Part shown: positions 10,069-18,600 of the stretch, piece after piece | Position numbering within the stretch: position 1 is the stretch's first letter | How the letters are laid out: each line of letters opens with the position of its first letter | Program-made: the position numbers and the translations under genes | The notes under the pieces: generated by a model | Seen by the model: the letters and a program-made list of their open reading frames with translations, nothing else | Told to the model about the DNA's origin: nothing | The model's database searches: none | Assembly (NCBI GenBank): GCA_016873795.1 | Contig: VGWA01000001.1 | Coordinates: 2,344 to 66,343, forward strand | Direction of reading: 5' to 3' | Origin: Ignavibacteria bacterium | Lineage (GTDB): Bacteria; Bacteroidota; Ignavibacteria; Tepidaquicellales; Tepidaquicellaceae | DNA length: 64,000 bases

Positions 10069-11168
10069 TGGTTTTCTTTAAAAATCTAATTGGTTTTTTT
10101 ATATTTAACTTTTTAAAATTACTTATAAAGGACAAAAAAGAAGTTACAAAGAATAACTTACTTTTTGTGAATACAGAACAAATAGGCGATTTGGTAGTAT
10201 CTTCATTAATATTAGAAAATGAAAATTTATTCTCAATAAATTCTAAAATATATTTTTTAATAAAAGACATTTATAAAAATATATTCAGCGCATACAACGG
10301 CAGCATCATACTCGTTTTTTACAACCACAAAAAGTACAAAAACAATCTCTTTTACCGATTTAAAACTTTAAAAAAGTTACAAAACCTGAATCTGGCAGAA
10401 TCATACAATGTTTCTCCGGCAAGGGGTACAATAAATGATGAAATTACACTTATATCCGGGACCACAAAAAAATTCACAACCTGTTCAGATTTAAAATATC
10501 TAGGAAAATATTTCGGTAAATATTATAATAAAAAATACACAGAATTACTTTTTCAAAACGAAACAAACGAATACAAAAAAATCATAAATTTAATAGAAAG
10601 ATTAACAAATAATCCTGAAAACAAAATAGTAATATTCAACGAAAAAACATTCAATATAAATATTAATATAAGAGATAAAATACCATTCCAAGAAGATTAC
10701 ATTGTAATTTCACCATTAACAACAAATCCAATTAAGAATTGGGGTACTGATAATTACAGGCAATTATGCAAGTCTCTTTCAAAAGATTACAATATGTTAA
10801 TTATAGGGTTGGAGAAAGATATTAATATACTTAAAAATATCTCATCGGGTAATACAAGAATATGGACGGGAAGTTTTGAATACATACCATCCATATTAAG
10901 CAAATCAAAATTATTTATCGGCAATGATTCAGGTCTTACACATCTTGCTTACAGGCTGGACATTCCGATGATTGCAATTATCGGCGGCGGAAGTTACGGA
11001 AAATTTTTTCCGTTCGAATCTAAATCAAGAAAAAACAAAGCAATTTATTTATTTCATTATTTAGATTGTTTCGGATGCAGATGGGAGTGCAAAATGAAAG
11101 ATACATACTGCTTAAGCAAGATCACAGTTCATGATGTTTTAAAAACGATACAAAAAATAACGGAATAA
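10068..11168 (+). CDS. Glycosyltransferase family 9 (heptosyltransferase-like)
   Basis: The motif GNDSGLTHLAYRLDIPMIAIIGG is typical of GT9, and the N-terminal GDLVVSSLILEN fits. The start overlaps the upstream stop (TAATG). Confidence 0.8.
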   Translation: MVFFKNLIGFFIFNFLKLLIKDKKEVTKNNLLFVNTEQIGDLVVSSLILENENLFSINSKIYFLIKDIYKNIFSAYNGSIILVFYNHKKYKNNLFYRFKTLKKLQNLNLAESYNVSPARGTINDEITLISGTTKKFTTCSDLKYLGKYFGKYYNKKYTELLFQNETNEYKKIINLIERLTNNPENKIVIFNEKTFNININIRDKIPFQEDYIVISPLTTNPIKNWGTDNYRQLCKSLSKDYNMLIIGLEKDINILKNISSGNTRIWTGSFEYIPSILSKSKLFIGNDSGLTHLAYRLDIPMIAIIGGGSYGKFFPFESKSRKNKAIYLFHYLDCFGCRWECKMKDTYCLSKITVHDVLKTIQKITE

Positions 11169-11201
11169 TTTAAAAGGCATTCGAGTTATCGTAAACAACC
11201 G

Positions 11202-11669
11202 TTATTTTTTCAGAGGGTCGTCATGATACAGAAATGTAGCAAAATGTCCGGCAGAATATTCCAAATTATAACCAGCCACTCTAATTACGAATTCATAAAG
11301 TCCACTTTCTTCCGGATATATAGTAATCTCAGGATTTTTTCCCGATTCTTCTCCTACAGTTTCCCATTTGTTTCCTCTTTTATGATATATAACTACTTCT
11401 AATTCTGATATACGGCGGTCTCCTACAGCATGAAATTTATAAACCCAGGATTTATCAAGATTTCTGAAAATTGATTTTGTGTTTGTAGTTCCCACAAGAA
11501 GATCTGCTGTAATATTAACAATTTCCATATCCAGAACATCCTCAAGATAGTAAACCTTACTTTTAATTGAGTCAACGATATCTTTCATTGTCGTTTCTGA
11601 CTGACAGAAAGATACCAAGGGTAATAATGAGAAGAAAACAATAAAAAGTACAAATGTAAATTTTTTCAT
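11202..11669 (-). CDS. Small secreted hypothetical protein (155 aa)
   Basis: Signal peptide MKKFTFVLFIVFFSLLPLVSFCQ. It is the only opposite-strand gene inside the glycan cluster. Confidence 0.6.
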   Translation of the reverse strand: MKKFTFVLFIVFFSLLPLVSFCQSETTMKDIVDSIKSKVYYLEDVLDMEIVNITADLLVGTTNTKSIFRNLDKSWVYKFHAVGDRRISELEVVIYHKRGNKWETVGEESGKNPEITIYPEESGLYEFVIRVAGYNLEYSAGHFATFLYHDDPLKK

Positions 11670-11853
11670 ATTATTATCTTTATGTTTTATATAATGTAAA
11701 AAAGTTTTTTAAAATAAAAAAGTGTGTTTTTTATATATTTAAGGAAAAAACACAATTTGACGTAAGTTAAAACAGATAAATACGGTCAAAAAAAATGTGG
11801 TTTTTTTTGATATTGGAATTACTAATTTTTTGTAATCTAAAAAATTCAATTAA

Positions 11854-13581
11854 TTGCCTAATCAAAAGATACACGAAAGAGTTCATAAAAAAACCGGGAT
11901 AACAGGAAAAAAATTTATTTTCTTATTAATAATATGCTTAATTTTTTTGATTGTTCAGTTTTTACCTTTTAATTTTATTATAAATTTTTCACACGATGAC
12001 GCTTTCTTCTATATTAAAACCTCTTATAATTTTTCCGGAGGTATGGGTTCAACTTTTGACTGCATAAACCCGACAAACGGATATCATCCTTTATATTTTC
12101 TGTGTTTGTCTGTTATTTTGTTTCCGTTAAACTTTTTAAAGAATACTACACCTGAGTTGGTTTACAGAATTGTATTTTTTTTTCACGTCTTGCTTATATT
12201 TATTATATCACATTATCTGAATAAATGTTATAAGTTATTATTACAAAAAAATACTTCCGGTTGTTTTCCCAATAAAAATCAAAAGGAAAATATTAAAACA
12301 GCAGAACAAACAATAAACACAGAACAAAACTATAAATACAAAAAAACAGTTGTATTTTCTTTTATTCTGATATTTTGTTTTGTTTTTTCAAGAGATATCG
12401 GATTGGAATCACATATTTCTATTCTTTTAATATCGGTACTTATTTATTTAACATTAAGTGAAAAAGTAAACGGAAAAATCATAATTGTTAAATCTCTATT
12501 TTTATCTCTTTTATACCTCAGCAGAACCGATTACTTATATAATATAATACCGCTATATATAATTGGTGATATATTGTTCTTACATAATAAAACAACTATA
12601 AATACAAACTCCGATTCTATAAAAAAGGTATTATACAAAATTTTTATTTATATGGCGGCAATACTCATAACTGCTACAATATATTCGGGAATAAATTATT
12701 TTTATTTCGGACATACATATACAATATCTACCCTGATTTTGAATACTTTTCCAAAAGTGGTTATTGAAAACAATATATCATCGCTGCTATCCGGTAACGA
12801 AAAAATATTCAATCAGTTCACAAGATTAGTAATTTTATTATCGGTAAATATAATTCTTTTCTATGTTGTTATCAAAAAAAGATATTCAGTAAATACAGAC
12901 AAAAGAATCTGTCTTTTTATGTTTTTATTATGCGTCGGATGCACATTGTTCGCGGTAACACATCTGTTTTTCAATTCGCTGGGAATCCGTGAATGGTATA
13001 TGACTTTGCCAATATTTTTGTCAATTTTTTTTACAATTTATTTATTTAAAAATACGATAGAGAAAAGCAGATTAATTTTTACTGCCGTTATATTTTTCTG
13101 TGTTTTCTATTTGCTTGAAACAAGAATATTAAACTATAAATTTAACAACGTAATAGAATACTCTAAAAAAGTTAAATCCGTTACAAATGAAAACGATAAT
13201 ATATATCAAGTCGATTTTTCGGGTATAACAGGTTTTTTTTCGGAAAGAAAAATAATCAACGGCGACGGATTAATAAACAGTTTTGAATATACAAGTTATA
13301 TAGTAACAGGTAGACTGAAAAACTATTTTGAGGAAAAACAAATAAATTATTATTCTACATATTTATCCGGTGAAAATAATAACAAAAATCAAAATTTCAG
13401 AGAGATAAAAAATATATATAAAAATAGATATAAATTTGAGATTACAAAAACAAGCAGAAACAATAATGATAACAACATTGTTATAATTATGCCGTTTGAT
13501 TATACACATGCTGTTATAAATCCAAAGGGTGTATGGCTATTGTTAAAAACAGAAGATATGGAAATCAGTGAAACAGATTAA
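11854..13581 (+). CDS. Large polytopic membrane protein, possibly a GT-C-type glycosyltransferase or polymerase
   Basis: A 575-aa protein with many TM helices. The N-terminal HDDAFFYIKTSYNF...NPTNGYHPLYF resembles motifs seen in membrane GT-C-like proteins of polysaccharide loci (recollection, not verified). The start is TTG. Confidence 0.45.
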   Translation: MPNQKIHERVHKKTGITGKKFIFLLIICLIFLIVQFLPFNFIINFSHDDAFFYIKTSYNFSGGMGSTFDCINPTNGYHPLYFLCLSVILFPLNFLKNTTPELVYRIVFFFHVLLIFIISHYLNKCYKLLLQKNTSGCFPNKNQKENIKTAEQTINTEQNYKYKKTVVFSFILIFCFVFSRDIGLESHISILLISVLIYLTLSEKVNGKIIIVKSLFLSLLYLSRTDYLYNIIPLYIIGDILFLHNKTTINTNSDSIKKVLYKIFIYMAAILITATIYSGINYFYFGHTYTISTLILNTFPKVVIENNISSLLSGNEKIFNQFTRLVILLSVNIILFYVVIKKRYSVNTDKRICLFMFLLCVGCTLFAVTHLFFNSLGIREWYMTLPIFLSIFFTIYLFKNTIEKSRLIFTAVIFFCVFYLLETRILNYKFNNVIEYSKKVKSVTNENDNIYQVDFSGITGFFSERKIINGDGLINSFEYTSYIVTGRLKNYFEEKQINYYSTYLSGENNNKNQNFREIKNIYKNRYKFEITKTSRNNNDNNIVIIMPFDYTHAVINPKGVWLLLKTEDMEISETD

Positions 13582-13603
13582 GCTGAAAGTCAAAAAAGTA
13601 TAA

Positions 13604-14728
13604 ATGGATAAAAAAAAATTAAATATACTGTACATTTCACCTAATTTTTATTACACTTGCGGAAGGTCGTATTACTTTAATTTACTGTTAAAATACTTCA
13701 GGAGATTTGGACATAATGTTGTGTTCATAACAAACGGAGGAGATTCCCTGGAGCGATTGAAAGAGAACAATATAAAGTATTACATTTTACCTGATCTAGA
13801 CAAAAAGAAACCGTCAATATATTTAAAAAACATAAAAAAAATAAGCAACATAATTGTAGACAACGGAATCCAAATAGTGCATAGCAACCACAGATATACC
13901 GAGAAAATAGCTCTTTCTGCAATCAAAAGAACAAAAAAAAAGAATGTTCTAAGCGTAATAACAGTTTTAAGTATTTTAAAACGCAGATATTATATTGAAT
14001 ATAAATCCGATATATTGGTTGCTGTAAGCAACGCTGTAAAAGATAATCTTGAAAAAATCTTTAAAGTACAAGATAGTAAAATAAAAGTCATACCTAACTT
14101 CGCAGAGACAGAAGAATTAGACAATAGTCTGGATTTATCGATGTATAAATATATGAATGTATGGCAAGATAGCACCACAAAGCAACTTAAAATTCTGTCT
14201 GCCGGCAGGTTTCATGAAGAAAAAAATTTTGAAACTATATTGAAAGCGTTAAAAATTATTAAAACAACAAATGAAAATTCTCAAATTCAAAATATAAACC
14301 TGCTTCTAATTGGAGAAGGACCAGAACAAAAAAAATACGAAAAATTAATTGATGAATTAAATATAAATGTAAAAATACTTTCACCGCAAAAATCTTTAGG
14401 AGGATTTATTAGAAACTCGGATGTTTGTATATTACCTTCCATTATTGAACCTTTTCCAAATTTTATGCTTCAATGCGGATTATTTAAGAAACCATTTATC
14501 GGATCAAACGTTGACGGTATAAAAGAACTAATAATAAATGAAAAAAACGGACTTCTTTTCGAAGCAGGTAATGAATCTGAGCTTGCTGAAAAAATAATTT
14601 TATTTACAAAAAACATTAAACTAAGAGAAAAATGCGGAGAAAATCTACATAAAGAAATCATAAACAAATACACAGAAAAAACGGTAATTCCTAAAATTGA
14701 GAAACTCTATTACGAATATCTGAAATAA
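13604..14728 (+). CDS. Glycosyltransferase family 4 (GT-B)
   Basis: N-terminus LNILYISPNF and the C-terminal motif PSIIEPFPNFMLQCGLFKKPFIGSNVDGIKELI (E-x7-E-like), in a glycan-cluster context. Confidence 0.8.
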   Translation: MDKKKLNILYISPNFYYTCGRSYYFNLLLKYFRRFGHNVVFITNGGDSLERLKENNIKYYILPDLDKKKPSIYLKNIKKISNIIVDNGIQIVHSNHRYTEKIALSAIKRTKKKNVLSVITVLSILKRRYYIEYKSDILVAVSNAVKDNLEKIFKVQDSKIKVIPNFAETEELDNSLDLSMYKYMNVWQDSTTKQLKILSAGRFHEEKNFETILKALKIIKTTNENSQIQNINLLLIGEGPEQKKYEKLIDELNINVKILSPQKSLGGFIRNSDVCILPSIIEPFPNFMLQCGLFKKPFIGSNVDGIKELIINEKNGLLFEAGNESELAEKIILFTKNIKLREKCGENLHKEIINKYTEKTVIPKIEKLYYEYLK

Positions 14729-14740
14729 TTTTAATAAATT

Positions 14741-15496
14741 TTGAACAAAGAAAACAGAGTAAATATATTAGGGATTGAGATTCAAGACAAAGATTACAGT
14801 GAAATAACGGATACAATAATCAAGTCAGTAAATGAAAAGTCTGCAATTTCCATCACGTATATCAACACATACAATTCCCAATATTATTTAAGGCATACAG
14901 ACGAAAGGAAATACCTATCGAAGATCACGGGAATATATCCCGACGGTGCAGGAATTTTTCTTGCTTCAAAATTTTTATACGGGAAAAATGGATTAAAAAA
15001 AAGAATCACAGGAACAGATTTATATTTTCATATTTTCAAGATAGCAAATGAGAGGCGGTGGAGGGTATATTTACTTGGCGGAGGCGAAAAAACCAAAATA
15101 CTGATAAAAAAGAATTTTAAAAACACATATCCAAATATTATACTAACAGGACTTACATCAAGAAAGGAATATCTTGAAAACAAGAATAAAGAAATGACAA
15201 AAATACCGGATTCGGACATAATAATGATTTCATTAGGAACACCATATCAGGAAAAGTGGATTTATGAAAACTTTGAAAGAATCAAAATACCCGTTCAGAT
15301 TGCTGCAGGCAGCGGGCTTGAATTTATTTCCGGAGCAAAAAAAAGAGCTCCAGTTTTTATGCAAAAAATAGGTTTTGAATGGCTTTACAGATTTTTCTTA
15401 GAACCTAAACGATTGTTTTACAGATATTTTATAGGTAATCCGGTTTTTATACTAAAAATTATTCTCCAAAAATTTAGTTTATTGAAACTTAAATGA
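14741..15496 (+). CDS. WecB/TagA/CpsF family glycosyltransferase (GT26)
   Basis: NILGIEI, TGTDLY, LGTPYQEKW and APVFMQKIGFEWLYRFFLEPKRLFYRYFIGNPVF are characteristic GT26 blocks. The start is TTG. Confidence 0.85.
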   Translation: MNKENRVNILGIEIQDKDYSEITDTIIKSVNEKSAISITYINTYNSQYYLRHTDERKYLSKITGIYPDGAGIFLASKFLYGKNGLKKRITGTDLYFHIFKIANERRWRVYLLGGGEKTKILIKKNFKNTYPNIILTGLTSRKEYLENKNKEMTKIPDSDIIMISLGTPYQEKWIYENFERIKIPVQIAAGSGLEFISGAKKRAPVFMQKIGFEWLYRFFLEPKRLFYRYFIGNPVFILKIILQKFSLLKLK

Positions 15497-15512
15497 AAAA
15501 GAAATATCTTTG
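15482..15512 (+). promoter_or_regulatory. Candidate Bacteroidota-type promoter (-33 TTG / -7 TAnnTTTG)
   Basis: TTG at 15482..15484, a 20-nt spacer, then TATCTTTG at 15505..15512, which matches the TAnnTTTG -7 consensus. The -33 element is ATTG rather than TTTG. Confidence 0.3.
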
Positions 15513-15659
15513 TTCAATTAAATATCCCCGGTTCGGGAACAGCTGACAGCACATAGAGGCAGGAGATTCTGAAAACTAAAGCCCTAAAGTCAGCCAGGCA
15601 AGTTCAGAATAACAAATAACGGAAAATATGGCTGATAGCTGAAAGTCAAGACTGAAGTT
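15513..15659 (+). promoter_or_regulatory. Long leader / 5' UTR candidate upstream of C25 peptidase gene 1
   Basis: The segment is visibly more G+C-rich than the flanking intergenic DNA. It contains a 4-codon uORF (15628..15642, ATG GCT GAT AGC TGA) and complementary segments GCTGAC (15542..15547), GTCAGCC (15589..15595) and GGCTGAT (15630..15636). It also carries the 13-mer AGCTGAAAGTCAA (15637..15649), which is also found at 13581..13593. Confidence 0.4.
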
Positions 15660-18600
15660 ATGAAGAAAATTATAGTTTTATTAATATTATTCGTCATTAC
15701 AAAAATAGGTTTATCACAAAATTTCAACTGGATAATTCCAAACCAGCTTTATTTAAAAATGTATGTTGTAGAGGATGGTATATACAGAATCAACAAGACA
15801 GATTTTTTAAATTCCGGAATAAATCCAAATGTGATTGATCCGAGAACGGTAAAGGTAATGTACAAGGGGGTACAGGTACCAATTTATTTCTACGGAGAAG
15901 AAGATGGAATATTTAATGATTCAGATTATTTTGATTTTTACGGACAGAGAAATTATGGAGGTATTACAAATACATATTACGAATCAAGCGGTGTTTTAAA
16001 AGTCGGATATGTAACGGATGAATACTTTAATTTATATTCAGACACAAATGTCTATTGGGTAAACTGGGGAGGGACTTATGGTTTGAGGTACTCAAACTAT
16101 ACAAATCAATCTTCGATAGATTATCCATATGATTTTAAATTCAATAAACTACATTTTGAAGTGGATTCTATTTACAGTTTAGGAGAAACCACAAATCCAA
16201 ATACCGATTTCAGATATTTCAACACAGAAAAAGTACTTGGGGAAGGGTGGTACTGGAAAGAACTCACAAAAGACAGTATAATAAATCAAAGTTTTTATGC
16301 TCCAAACCTATACACTTCTCCTACTCTTTGCTCTTTAAAAATATTTGCTTATCCAAATTCAGCTTCATCTTCAATATTTAACGAACATCGTTTAATAATT
16401 GCAATCAATTCAACGATTATAGATACTCTGTTTTCAGACGGTTATAAAAGATTCGATACAACAATTATATTTCAGAACACTATTCTATCAGGAGCATCAC
16501 TCAATCAAATATCGTTCAGATATACAAATCCGGACGGCTACAAGGGTTATATTTACTTTGACTGTTTTACGTTAACTTATCCGGAAAAATTCATTTTTAC
16601 AAATAATTTAATAAGTTACAAATCAATTCCACAGGACACATCCGCAAATATATTTAAAGTTAAAGGGTACAATACAAATCAACAAGTCAATATCTACGAT
16701 ATCAGAAACAATTTAAGGATAACGGGTTTTACGTCATCATCCGACACTTTGAGATTTACCGGAAAGGGAAACGGAATTTATGAAATAGCAAATGACTATA
16801 TTTCAAGGAAACCTTTCAGAATAAAGCAAAAACAGGTACCTGACTTATTATCAACCGGCAACGGAACGGATTATTTAATAGTCTATAATAAAATATTTGA
16901 AACTCAAGCTGAACAACTTTCAAGTTACAGGTCGTCACACAATTCATTCAGGTCATACAAAGCAGAGATAGAAGATATTTACGATATTTTCAATTACGGA
17001 ATAGAAAATCCCATAGCCGTCAGATATTTCGTAAAATATGTATATGACAACTGGCAGTTTCCTAAGGTGCGATTTTTAACATTATTCGGAAGAGGTTCTC
17101 TTGATCCCAAAAAAAATCAATCGGGTTCAGTTTATTACAGAAATTTAGTACCTGTATATGGGAATCCGAATTCAGACGGATATTTCGGCAATACAAATCT
17201 GGGTTCATACACTTATACGCAAAATATAGCAGTGGGCAGGTTACCCGCTTACACAGTTTCAGAAGCGGATGATATGGTTAATAAAATTATTTCATATGAA
17301 TCCCAGCAGTTACAAAAATGGATAAAGCAGGGAATTTTCATAACCGGCGGAATGAACCGAGTTGAACAAATTTTATTTGCTGCTCAATCAGATCAGTTTA
17401 TAAATACATATATAACACCTCCTTCCGTTTCGGGTTTTCCGATAAAGATTTACAGAAATGATTCCACGGGTGGTGTAACATTTAATTACAGAGATTCGAT
17501 AAAAAATGCAATAAATGCAGGCGGATTACTTGTAAACTACATCGGACATGCAAGTTTTCAATACTGGGACAATGGTATGGAAGATCCGAGTGTTTTAAAC
17601 AACGGAAATTTACTACCACTTATTTTCAGTATGACCTGTTTTACGGGTAAGAATGCCGATCCGTCTCAAAGAATCTTTGGTGAGAAATTCATTTATCTCA
17701 GTAACAAAGGGGCTATTGGTTTCATTGGGACAACGGGCTGGAGTTTTACAGGTACAGGGAACACTTTAAACGGTTATATGTTACAGGCATTAGCACAGGA
17801 CACAGTAAGGTATTTAGGTGAAATACTGAAATATGCAGGAAATATAATGACGCCCGATTCAATAAGTTTTGTGACCAAACATGTAATAAACTGTTATTGT
17901 TTATCGGGGGATCCTGCTTCTCGGCTGTTACTTCCCGATATCCCGGAGTTTGATATACAGCTGAACGATTACACTCTGCTCAATCCTTTTCCTTCGCTAT
18001 ATGAAAACATCGGTTTAGTAATCAACCCCAAAAATTTAGGTACACATGCAGATTCCTGTAAAATCAGATACAAACTATTACTGGATAATCATACATATTC
18101 TGTTAAAGACACAGTAATTTACAATTTTGGTTTTATTGATACTCTTCTTTATAATTTCAGACTTGACACAGCGGGAAACTATGTAATGAATATAATATTA
18201 GATCCGGATAACTGGTATCCGGAAGAAGACTCAACAAATAACAAAATTTCATTCCCAATATTCTTAAAAAATATCTCGTTTATTCCTCTTAAACCCATAG
18301 ATAATTCAGTTGTAAAAAAAGACACAATTGAAATTACGGGATTAAATCCAAGCATTGCCGATATAAACAAATTAAATCTTAATTATAAGCAATTTAAATT
18401 TTCCTCAATAAGGTTGCTGTTACAGCTTGACACTTCGATAAAATATAATTCTCCGTTGTTACAAACTTTCTTTACGGATGGTTTTACAGGGGTAACGACA
18501 AAATTTAAGTATAAAATTCCCATTCTTGATACAAATACTCTATATTATTGGAGAATGAATTCTATAATAAACGGAGATTCAACGGGATGGTCGGATTCCA

